A DNA stretch of 27,374 nt from Azolla caroliniana. Taxonomy: Eukaryota > Plantae > Polypodiophyta. The notes below the pieces were generated by a model that was given only the letters and a program-made list of their open reading frames with translations, did no database searches and was not told the origin of the DNA. The stretch spans positions 1 to 27,374 of the forward strand of contig JBHGNT010000413.1 in NCBI GenBank assembly GCA_043228905.1. The letters are read 5' to 3'. The position numbers and the translations under genes are program-made. Within the stretch, counting starts at the first letter, position 1. Every line of letters starts with the position of its first letter. This document shows positions 1 to 10,422 of the stretch, piece after piece.

Positions 1-771
1 AATTAGATTCAATTAGATTAAGTTTGCTCTGTTACTTGGAGTGGTTTAAAAGTAAGATAGGTAAATAGATTGAGATGTAAGATTTGATGGAGCTTAAGGA
101 GGAGATATTAGAATTTTGACGTAATATCCCAATAGACAATAATGGCCACTTCATCTCTTCTCATTGTTGGTCTCATACACCCTTTTGATTCACAATCCCA
201 AGCCCATTCAAAATTCTAGTAGCACATCCACCTTGATCTAGAATCTCTGCCTTGCCATGAGCTCTCCTCTCCCTTTTATAGGCCTTAGGAGCACCTCAAC
301 GAAAATAAGAATATTAACTTTCTTTTTTACCAGACACTCTTCTCTCAGAGTGCTCGGTGTGAGAAAAATGTTGATTCTATATCTATCCATTTGCATCGCT
401 CTTGTTCATCCCTTCAACATATGGTTTCATAGTTTAGAGAAGACTTAAACCCTTGACCTTTTTGTTCCTAGAAAAAACTCTTCATAATTGAGCTATGTTT
501 TTTTGTTTTTCATAATTTTGTCTCATAAACTTCTTTTGATATAGTTTTGACATATCCTTCAATCTTTTATATATGTTAAAGTCTAAATCATTTCCTCATT
601 GCACTCCCTGAATCACAACACCTTGGACATTTGAAATATGTCCATGGACTCTTCAAACTTCATGACTTCTGAGCTAGCCTTGGCAAAGAATCAAGAACTT
701 TTTCCATGTATTAAAATTTGTCTCCATGTTCACAAGTACTATGTAAAGTATTAGTTAATTGAATGTAGTCT

Positions 772-788
772 AATACCATTTCCTTTGC
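772..788 (+). repeat. Left copy of 17-bp target-site duplication (right copy 2925-2941)
   Basis: AATACCATTTCCTTTGC is seen exactly at both positions, bracketing the LINE. Confidence 0.93.
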
Positions 789-2926
789 ATATAGATTTGA
801 GCCCAGAAGCAATGCTATCTCTGTTACAATTATCTATAAAACGTAAACTGCTATATTGGGATGCCCAACAATTGTCCTTTGCAGGTCGGGTTGTAGTAGC
901 AAACTCAGTATTTTGGCTTCAATGTGGTTTATAACATCTGTTTGGCTATTTGCTAGATCAACAATAACGAAAGTGCAAAGCTTGGTCCGTCATTTCCTCT
1001 CAGGGGAAAACATGGATCTCCAAAAGTAGCCAAAGTTGCTTGGAATGTGTTGATTCAACCTAAAATCCAGTGAGGGTTGGGTTTGATAGATCCTTTGATG
1101 CAGTCAAGAGCCCTCTTGATTAAGTTTGTGATCAAAGGATTGTTGCCAAGATCCGAAGTCTGGAAAGAAATATTTCTGAATCGGCTAATGCAAGTTAAGT
1201 CCCAAGAAGGGAGGAGTTTGGTCACCCTCTCTAAAGTGGTTGTTCTTGAATGATGTGCAAACACCAAGGTGGGATCTTGCATCAAATAGATTTTTGCTAG
1301 GATTTCATAAAGGCATGGGGTGCGATTAAGTCATTTTTGCTTTTAAGGACAAGCCTTCTACGTGGGATGCATTACTTAATCAACCTCTTCTTGCCAATTC
1401 TCTATTTCGGGATAATGCAGAAAAAGTGTTGGGCCTGAGAACTCGCTCGCCTAGGTTCAATTGGATAATGGGCCAACTAAATTTGTAAGAACTTGGACTC
1501 AATTTCAGCAAATGCCACAAGAAGATCGTCTTGTGCATTACAATTTGTTCATGGTGCCAAGATAATGACTGCTAGCATATTAGTGACATATTCTTTGTTT
1601 TCTACAACCTTCCAACACCTAGGTAGGAACATTCATGGTTTAGATGCTTCATAAATGACACATTGTTGGTTGTCAAGGTGTTTCACCTAATGGGTGTCCT
1701 TCTTATTTTGAAGTTTTGCACAACAACTAATTGTAACCTTATACCTTTGGTTGCAGTTATCTACACCATTCACAAAGTGCACCAACCACAGTGTGATAAT
1801 TGATCCTTATCCTTCCATTGCTCACATGTGTGATATGTTGTGGTTGTACGCAAAAGACAAGGTTGCAAGATTAAAATGGGATACGGGGGGTTGATTTTGG
1901 TCACACTCCTTGGGGGAACATACCATAAAGGTTCCCTTCTTTCATTACTCAATAAAACTTGGAAGGTCATTACTATTGTCTCAGAATGTAAAGGTACGAA
2001 CAACTCTGAAACATTGGACTAAATGGGGTGTCTCAACTTTGCATTTGAAAACCTATTGGAGATGGATCAGGTCATTTAAGAGGCCAACTAAATTTATTCT
2101 CTTCAGATGGCTATTAGTGCATATGTCATTACCAGTTAGTCATTCATTGAAAGGGAATGTAGCGCCCAATCTTAGGCAATGTGACTTTTGCCATGTAGAT
2201 AAGGAAACTACCAAGCATGTCCTCTAGTCTTGTCCCTTGGCTCAACAAGTATGGAATAAAGTCCTTTCTTTATTTCTAACAATCAATGTTGGTTGCCTAT
2301 TTTCATGGGGATCAATGATGTGGGGAGTGTTACATTCTAGCTTGATGTTGTATGAGGCAGAAGATGTCCACAAGGCATTGATGTTACATAATAGAAGAAT
2401 TATATTAGTTAGTCCCTTTAGCAACCTCCAAAGTAGGTGCAATTTGTCTATGTTTGGAAAATAGCGACTACGGTAATGTTATCGGTATTATGGAAATGCC
2501 AATGTAACTGACTTTATGATGCGGCAAATCTTCGTCTATCATATGTACTGCTCGAGATATGGGAGAACTTGTTGGCAATAGTTCGGCACCAGTATAACAA
2601 TATGCATGGTTTCCCAGAGACTGTGAATAAGAGAAGGAAGAAGCTTCTTCACTTATGGAAAAAATTGTCCCTATTTATAGGGTCAACTCAAGGGCCTCAA
2701 TGGCCCTATCGTCTTCCATGGACCCTTTCTTGAATATCAGTACATCATGGCAATGTACATCAACAAATTCCAACACCTTCTACAAAGTCCTATACTTCGT
2801 CTTAGGATTATTGTACATCATTATACATAAAAAGTTGTAAGTTGTTGGGCAGACAAGTTCAAGTTGTAGCCTTCGAGTGTTTTCTCTTAATACTATTGAA
2901 GAAAATCTTTAACTTTAAAAAAAAAA
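789..2926 (+). mobile_element. 5'-truncated, decayed L1-clade LINE (C-terminal RT region + zf-RVT), poly(A) tail
   Basis: Translates in pieces to 'IKRKLLYWDAQQLSFAGRVVVANSV', 'KVAKVAWNVLIQPK..GLGLID' and a zf-RVT motif 'TKFILFRWLLVHMSLPV...CDFCHVDKETTKHVL'; A-run at 2917-2926; flanked by identical AATACCATTTCCTTTGC at 772-788 and 2925-2941; many stops/frameshifts. Confidence 0.93.
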
Positions 2927-3297
2927 TACCATTTCCTTTGCGACTTCTTCAAGTAGAAAATTGATCAATATAAATCCACTTCCTCCATCATCTTGTGAAT
3001 TTGGTTAAGGAATGTTCGGCAATGTATGTAACATTATTTAGAGTTTCCTCTAGAATATTTCAAAACCAAAACTTAACTTCATCATTAAGAGTAGTATGAA
3101 AGTTGCCATTGTCCTCATTTGAAAATGGGCTCATTGCCTGGTGTAATTTGTTAAAGCCTAAATCGAAGGACAAGTTTGGATATATTGCCATGATTTTACT
3201 ACTAAGATCACTTCATCATGGTACAAGAGTGGTTTCTTGTTTCTCCCTCTCCATTAGGGAAACCAGTGCATGTATGGGTTGTACAACTATTATTAGC

Positions 3298-3840
3298 TGT
3301 TACCGGCCGGCAAAGGAGTCCAAAGTGTGAAATGGGGAGTTATTTAATTAGTAGGAATGGTTGTAAGTAAGCTATGAGTGTGGACGGACGGACCGGAAAC
3401 GGTATGCTGTTCCGGATCCGAACCGATCCCGAACAGGTGCGGATGGCACCGTTTTGTAATACAGACCGGAAACCTATTTAAAGGCCCGGATATAATGTAA
3501 TGAACAACCGTTAATTAATAAAGCTTAGTGTTGTTATCTCTCTATGTTAATTGTCGTTCTGCATTCATTGTTATATCGATCCCGAACAGGTGCGGATGGC
3601 ACCGTTTTGTAATACAGACCGGAAACCTATTTAAAGGCCCGGATATAATGTAATGAACAACCGTTAATTAATAAAGCTTAGTGTTGTTATCTCTCTATGT
3701 TAATTGTCGATCATGCTAAGTAACCTAATTAAGTCGGATTAATCGTTGAGTCTAATCTTGTTGCCGTAACACCCCTTTGGTGAAGTGTCTTCCGTAGACA
3801 CCCTGTGTTAGGCCATTGTCCGGCCCTAAGAGTTAACACA
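3298..3840 (+). mobile_element. 5' LTR of a Ty3/gypsy (Tat/Athila-like) retrotransposon
   Basis: Begins TGTTA, ends TAACA(CA) (3838 or 3840); TATTTAAA and AATAAA inside; followed by GTTTT and a PBS. No matching 3' LTR in the window. Confidence 0.8.
3424..3709. repeat. Exact 133-bp direct duplication inside the LTR (3424-3556, 3577-3709)
   Basis: CGATCCCGAACAGG...GTTAATTGTCG occurs twice, 20-bp spacer; each copy holds the TATA-like box and AATAAA. Confidence 0.95.
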
Positions 3841-3845
3841 GTTTT

Positions 3846-3862
3846 TGGCGACCACGATGGGA
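3846..3862 (+). promoter_or_regulatory. Primer-binding site, tRNA-Arg-like
   Basis: TGGCGACCACGATGGGA right after the LTR; resembles the complement of a plant tRNA-Arg 3' end as I recall it (TGGCGACCAC...TGGGA). Confidence 0.7.
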
Positions 3863-5098
3863 TCGACGGACTGGAATCGCCGGACACGCCGGACACGCCG
3901 GACAAAGCGACGGACGATGGCCGGAATAGCAAACATCGAATGGTTGTAGAGGCGGCCGAAAAGACACGACCAGAAGGGCCGAAGACAGAGACGGCAACCA
4001 ACTGACAGCCGACAGACAACAACGGCTAGACACAGCCGAACCGCGGCCAGAACGGAGGCCGGAAGAACGGTTGGATAGATGGCCAAATATTGACGAGTGA
4101 ATAGAGCGGTCATGCGACGAATCTCGACCAAAACAGGCAGCCGACTGGAGACTAGCCGGACAGGCCTAGCGACGACGAGAAAGGGAGATGGTGATGACCG
4201 ACACAGAGATGAAAGGCGTCAGGACGATGAATAGCAACGGCCACAGAAGCGACAACAATGAATATAGAAGGACGGAAACGACGACGACAGCACAAAGAAG
4301 GAGATGACGTGCAAGCAAAGGGAGAGTGAAGGTCGCGTTTCCTCCCTACCCCGAAACGCAAAAACAGAACAAGGACGAAGTGGAAGAAACAGAGATAGAA
4401 GAAGAAACAGAGAGGTGGAAAATGGAACACAAGAAGGAAAGAAGAGGGGTATAGAAGAAGAAGAATAACAGATAGAGAAAATAAGAAGAGAAGCGGGAAA
4501 CGAAAGCAGAAAGAAGTAGAAAGAGATGAGGGATACGCACAAGAGAGAGTGTAATAACAGACCACAACAATAACCTAGAGATAAAGACGAAGTCGGAGCA
4601 TTACAAAAACAAGAAGACAGGAATGGATAAAGAAGAAATTGAAGCAGAAGATAGGCCGGGAAGAAAAATAGAGAAAGGGCAAGAGAGAATGATAGGGGTA
4701 TGGAACATAATTTTAAAACATGAGGGTATTTGATAATATTTCAAAAACAAAGGGTAGCAACCTAAAATTTCATAAACTTGAGGGCACCGACGAAATTGTA
4801 AAAACTCATCCACCTAGAGAAATGGATGTGATCAACAACGACAACTCACACAAAATTAAAGGAAGAACACACATACACACAACGTGCTTTTGGACCCATG
4901 ATGAAGTTCGTAAGCCGACAGAACGAGAATGTTTGTGTCGCGGACGATTTGCTGACCGACAAAGATGTTCGAGTCAAGCATTCCGATCGAGGGAGTCGAT
5001 CGTTGAAAGGACCGATGGAAGTTCCGGTCGAAGAAATATCATCATCAAGGCATGTGGGATCGATGTGCAAGGCACTTTCCCACGGGCGTGCCATATTG
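3863..5098 (+). mobile_element. Decayed internal leader / possible gag-start of the gypsy element
   Basis: Directly follows the PBS; strongly A/G-rich on +; short GCCGGACAC repeats at ~3879-3904; no recognisable domain. Confidence 0.45.
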
Positions 5099-5365
5099 TG
5101 TTACCCCGTACGAGATGTACGGAGAGTCAAGTGTGATGAGCGAGGGTCGAATGTTATCATGATGTTGTGTATGTGTAGGGGGCATAAATGTAATTGTGAG
5201 TCTATACGTATGTGAACACATGCACACGTGTGTGCATGTGCATGGATACGAGGAGGTGTGAGTGAGTGTCCAATATGAATGCTCGAGGGGGCTTACACCC
5301 CTATGTATCTACCCCCTCTTGTACTATTTAACCCCTTATGGGGAATGAATGAAACATGAATAACC

Positions 5366-5406
<41 letters not shown>

Positions 5407-6423
5407 ATCTTTCTCTCTCTCCCCCTTAACGTTGAACCCCCTTGGGAGGGGGGTGGAGCCATTCTAGGCACCACCCCCCACCCCGCAATGCTTCTCAATG
5501 CTTGTCTTGCATCTTCATGATCTCTCACCATCATACCATTCATCATCTCCACCATTACACCATGTCTATCTTCATCATCAATCATCATCATTATCATTCT
5601 CATTAGCCATAAGTTATGCGGTGGGTGATTGTATGTCTTGCCTTACTTATCCTCGTCATGCAAATTCTTCGATAAAAACTATTCTTGATTTGGTAAACAT
5701 GTGCTACTAGACTAATTTGCTCATCAATTAACCTTATCATTTGGTGGACTCTACCCTATTAATCATTCAAGATTATGAGCCTTGTACATAGTGCCTTGTG
5801 CGAACTTGCATTTGATGAGAACCTCTGATATATTTGTAGGCAATGGAGTTGGACATCTTAGCTTTGACTAGTTGAGAGGACCATATTTCTATGGCTCCTA
5901 GTTCTATGGCGACATCTAGCAATCCTACTTTAGAGTTGTATGCCTTGCACCTAGGTCATCATGTGCTAGTGTATGTGTGGAAGATGTGACGATATGTTTG
6001 GCTTGCATTTAGGTCTAGGTTTGGTGCAATTCTAGTTGTTAGTGCACCTCCACATATTCCACACATTTTCATAGCTTTTCTTCTAATGAGTCATTTACCT
6101 AAACGCTATCCATTGGGGCATATGTTTGAATTTAAAAATGTTGGACCAAGGTGCATGGTTCCTTAAGGTATTATTCAAGAGAGGCAAACGCTCCTATTTT
6201 GGTTGTGCACTTTGTAGTTCGTGGGGGCTAAGTTTAATTCACAAGCTCAAAGCAAGAAGCTTCCTAGCTTGAATCTAAAAACTTCATCTACTTAAGCCTC
6301 GTGTTAAAGATTCATGATTCGGCTTTGTGTTGAAGTTATGTATGCTAGAGCAGTTGTGTGCGCGAATTTCCTATATTTTAACGCAGTAAAGGAGGTGTCG
6401 GGGGCTAATATTCCCCCATACCA
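5099..6423 (+). mobile_element. Probable second gypsy-type LTR (boundaries uncertain)
   Basis: Starts TGTTACC like the 3298 LTR; CTATTTAA at ~5325 followed by (TC)n; ends ...ATACCA followed by TGGTCGTTGTTAGGAG (6431-6446), a possible C>T/G>A-decayed Athila tRNA-Asp PBS. Confidence 0.4.
5369..5402. repeat. (TC)17 microsatellite
   Basis: Direct reading. Confidence 0.95.
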
Positions 6424-7413
6424 AGTATAATGGTCGTTGTTAGGAGTACAAAAAATTCTTCACTTCTATACTTTCCTTTTCAAATTTATTTTTGAAGAGA
6501 TTCCCATCTAAAACAAAAAATAATAAAATTTGATATTAAGAAAAGTTAAAGTTAATTTAATAAAAATCAAGGTAGGAGAAAGTGATGATAATCGAAATGT
6601 AATAGAAATGTAATTGGCAATTAACGTGATGTAAACCATTGGGCACTTATCATAGGTTAGGGAAAAATAGCCATTTACTTAGGAAACAAATAATGAAATC
6701 AACATGCATCAATTATGACCTCACACTCGCATGGGGATCTCCTCTTATTAATGTCTTATTAATGGGGGAATTTGCCCGAACCTTTTGAAAAGCTCATCGA
6801 TGGCTTCGATACTCCCCAAAATTGTCAAAAGATGTGTTGGTATAAGGCCATTACACCAAGCACACATCACACACATCTTTGTATCAAGGGAGTTTTGGCT
6901 CCACACTAATATTGTTAGCTGAGTGGATCACTCTGTTGTATAACGTTTTGCTGGCAGATCAAGAAAGAGCATTCAACACTTGCTCCCAATCCACTATCCG
7001 TGATAACCTTATTTCTACAACTCTAACTCAAGTCTCTTTCCAATGCTAATTTTACTATGATACTTGTTGATATCCTTCTAGGTTTAAATGTTAATACTTA
7101 CATTATTCAAAGTTTTAAAAATGTGTTGTTAAAATATTCTACGTATTCTAAGACATCTTTTATGCATTCTACGTATTTAACAAGTATTTAACATCTCTAA
7201 ACAGCTAAACGATTTAATTCTATTTTAAAGCTTTAAATTTTAAGAAGCATTGAACATATTTGAGACCTATTCTATATATTTAATGTATGAACTATGTATT
7301 TTATTTGTAGAATGTGTATTCTAATTATTTAAAGAAAAAGGTGGAATACTTTTAGAATACTTACCATATGTATTTGAGGTGTATTATGCCAAGTATTCTA
7401 TAGCTATGTTACC

Positions 7414-7685
7414 TAAACACATACAAAAGAGTTACATAAATAAACAAAAATCATGCCTCCATTAGAAAAGGTAAAAAACACACCACATGCAAGGAGTGAT
7501 TAGGATTTATCTAAATAGCATTTAATCCTAATCACTCATCTTAAAATGGTAAACACATACAAAAGAGTTACATAAATAAACAAAAATCATGCCTCCATTA
7601 GAAAAGGTAAAAAACACACCACATGCAAGGAGTGATTAGGATTTATCTAAATAGCATTTAATCCTAATCATTCATCTTAAAATGG
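7414..7685. repeat. Tandem duplication, 2 x 136 bp, each unit with a 14-bp-stem inverted repeat
   Basis: Units 7414-7549 and 7550-7685 differ at one base I could see (ATCACTCATC vs ATCATTCATC); GAGTGATTAGGATT...AATCCTAATCACTC hairpin at 7494-7537. Confidence 0.95.
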
Positions 7686-7734
7686 CAACGAGAAGAAGAA
7701 AAGGAGTGAGAGCTCTAGCTTGGATTCTAGGAGG

Positions 7735-7922
7735 AGTCTTTTTCACTAAAGATTGAGAAGGTGCTGAAAAATAACAAAAAGGGGTTATCCCCTTTCCCAT
7801 TAAGGTGACCATTAAGCTTGAGAACCTAGTCTTTTTCACTAAAGATTGAGAAGGTGCTGAAAAATAACAAAAAGGGGTTATCCCCTTTCCCATTAAGGTG
7901 ACCATTAAGCTTGAGAACCTAG
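7735..7922. repeat. Tandem duplication, 2 x 93 bp
   Basis: AGTCTTTTTCACTAAAG...GAGAACCT repeated exactly at 7735 and 7828. Confidence 0.95.
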
Positions 7923-8007
7923 ATTGAGGTTTTTTGTCTTCTCCTTTTTTCTAGTCGTGTATTTCTAAGTTGTCACTATCCTTTTTATCGTTGGTGTCTT
8001 AATGGGT

Positions 8008-8874
8008 TGTGTGTCGTCCAAAGTATGGCAGGGGCTTACCACTAACTTTGATCTCTTCATCATGAGCTAAATGCCCCAACTAAGGCTCAATCAATAACTT
8101 ATAAGTTTATAACAAATAAAATGTAAGGATACACATCAACAACTTAACCATACTTTGATTAATCAAGAATCACCATCAACACATACACAAGGGTTCATTT
8201 TTGGATTATAGCAAACACTCAACGTGAAACTCATGTAAAATGAGAGAGCGAGAGAGAGAAAAGCTTTAGCATAGATCCTAGGGTTCAAGAAGAAAACCTA
8301 AAAAACCACAAGCATGACTTTTATAGCTCGGTTACAAAAAAGATTGTCCCGTTTTCTATCGGCGTGGCCATGACGTTTAAATCCCTAAGAAAAAATAACC
8401 TATCTTCCCCTTTCTCTTGAATTCAAACATGGTCTATATCAGCAACACACATTATTTGTATGTGTGCCCATTCATTACATGTGGGTAGAATGCCAAAAGA
8501 ATCCCTAAATGGAATTTGAAAGGGGAATTCACGAAGATATTCCATGAAAGCATTACACAAAAGGGGTGTATTCCATGAAAAGACTGCACAAATCCAACAT
8601 ACAATGGGAGGATTGCAACAAGGCAATCCATGAAAGCCTTATGTGAGGTCATTCCCTAAGACCAATCCCCAAAGGGATTACACGAAGGTCAAACCGCAAA
8701 GGGATTGCATGAAGACAAATCCACCAAGGCAATCCAAAAAGGGATTGAAAGAAGGTCATTCAATGAGGGAAATACACTAAAGGGAATATACAAAACCAAA
8801 CCCATGAAAAGTGGTGAGTAACCACAAGTACCTCTTTAATAACATAGCATCTTTCATGGTTCAGGTCCCCCACA
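8008..8874 (-). mobile_element. Possible solo/partial LTR in reverse orientation
   Basis: Minus strand starts TGTGGGGGACC, has degenerate ~25-30-bp repeats (8480-8760), CTATAAAAG (8318-8326) then CT-rich and T-rich tracts, and ends ...ACA. No TSD found. Confidence 0.4.
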
Positions 8875-8904
8875 GTGCTACTCGCATAGAAAAGACGTGC
8901 ACAT

Positions 8905-9466
8905 TGTTGGGAAGTCGGTCCCTCCGGATGGGATCCGGTTATGAATGAAGAGGACCCGGTGAGAACCGGAAGAGATCCGGAAACTAGATCAGATGGACTC
9001 GGTGAGAACCGGAAGAGAAGATATATTTGTAAATATGTTTTGAGTAAGCCTATTGAGGCTGTATTTGTAAATAGCCCTAAGTTCATATAAGTATAAATAT
9101 GACTTAGGGCAATCACTTAATGGTGGTTATTGTTGTATGTGCATAACTGTTGTATAGAGAGAGAGTGATAGATAGTGAGAGAGAGGAGATACAGAGCGAT
9201 ACTCTGTTGTAACCGCCGCTTGGCGAAGAATTAGAGCTCGAGGTCATTGCCTCCGAGTCTCTGATTGTCCCTTTATCATGTAGTGATAGTTTGGAGTCTG
9301 TGGGCTCCCGTGGTTTTTCCCTATTAGGGTTTTCCATGTAAACATCCTGTGTACTTTCTTTTGGTGTACGAGTATTCATCTCTATTCTCATTTCCATGCT
9401 TGATCCTTGAACGAAGTGATCTAAGACTCGGTTGTGGCCGAGCAATATTTCGCACTATTCCCTACA
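8905..9466 (+). mobile_element. 5' LTR of a Ty1/copia retrotransposon
   Basis: TGTTGGGAA...TTCCCTACA inverted termini; internal CGGTGAGAACCGGAAGAGA x2; followed by Met PBS and copia gag. Confidence 0.92.
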
Positions 9467-9469
9467 AAC

Positions 9470-9481
9470 TGGTATCAGAGC
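9470..9481 (+). promoter_or_regulatory. Primer-binding site, tRNA-iMet
   Basis: TGGTATCAGAGC, 3 nt after the LTR end; the canonical plant tRNA-iMet PBS. Confidence 0.95.
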
Positions 9482-9495
9482 GAACAACACAGGAA

Positions 9496-9703
9496 ATAGA
9501 AGAATCGTTCGGCGGCATTTTCAAGCTCACCGGCTCCAACTACTCAATGTGGAAGTCGAAGATGAGGGATATGCTAGTGGTTAAAGATCTTTGGTTGCCT
9601 TGTTCAATTCGGGGACAAGAGACCGGATAAAATTGACGCCACAGTGTGGGAGGTGATGCACATGAAGAGGACGACATATATCTGTTGCTTCATCGACATG
9701 AGC
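9496..9703 (+). pseudogene. gag: Copia gag N-terminus, truncated
   Basis: '(ATA)EESFGGIFKLTGSNYSMWKSKMRDMLVVKDLWLP' fits the copia gag L..sNY..WK..M...L...dLW motif; start appears mutated to ATA; frameshift near 9600. Confidence 0.88.
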
Positions 9704-10422
9704 AATACACACTTGAAGAGGTCCTTTGCAATTCTATTCCAAAATGTTTGGTCCACAGGGCACATGCCACAATCTTGGAAGATTGGTTTAATGAAACTGT
9801 TACCTAAAGTGCCATCACCAGTGTCTTTTGCTCAATGGAGGCCTAGATACCTTTGATGGGAGGAATCTATAAGATTTTCACAAAGATTTTGACTAATAGA
9901 TTACATATAGTATTGCCAACAATTATCCATAATGTTTAATATGGTATTTTGGCCAATCGAAACATTTTGCATAATATTTTAAATGTTCAAATGGCAACGG
10001 ATTTTGCTATGGAAACTAAACAAGAGATTGTGATGTTGCAATTGGAACTAGAGAAGGCATATGATCATGTTAATTGGTCTTTTTTATGTCAGGTGATGCA
10101 TCGAATGGGGTTTGGTGATCGTATGTCAAATTTGATATATACATTGTGGGATGATTCAATGTCACATGTCATGCTTAATGGAGGAGTAACACAATCTATT
10201 TCGGTTCGACGGTCAGTTAGAAAAGGGCGCCCCCTCAGTCCACTTTTGTTTACTATTGTCACTCATTCTATACTTGTTAAGCTACATAATATGCCAGTGG
10301 ATGGAGATTTAGTTGGGTTAAGATTGCCATCTGGGAGACAATGTATTGCTCAAGAGCCAGCAGATGATCATTTTATGTTTTTGGGAGCTACATGTAATAA
10401 TGTTACAAAGGCTACAAAGGTG
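9704..10422 (+). mobile_element. L1-clade LINE #2, reverse transcriptase (5' part)
   Basis: 'MPQSWKIGLMKLLPK...QWRP', 'NRNILHNI', 'MLQLELEKAYDHVNWSFL..VMHRMGFG', 'RSVRKGRPLSPLLF', 'ADD' motifs. Confidence 0.95.

Noticed and set aside
4152-4570. Three overlapping F/L/S-rich minus-strand ORFs resembling membrane proteins
   Set aside because: Artefact of purine skew on the + strand.
3298-5140. 3298 and 5099 as paired LTRs of one small element
   Set aside because: They share only the first ~7 nt and loose similarity; bodies do not align and no PPT precedes 5099.
7672-7905. ORF with a repeated 31-aa peptide
   Set aside because: Caused by the 93-bp duplication; no other coding evidence.
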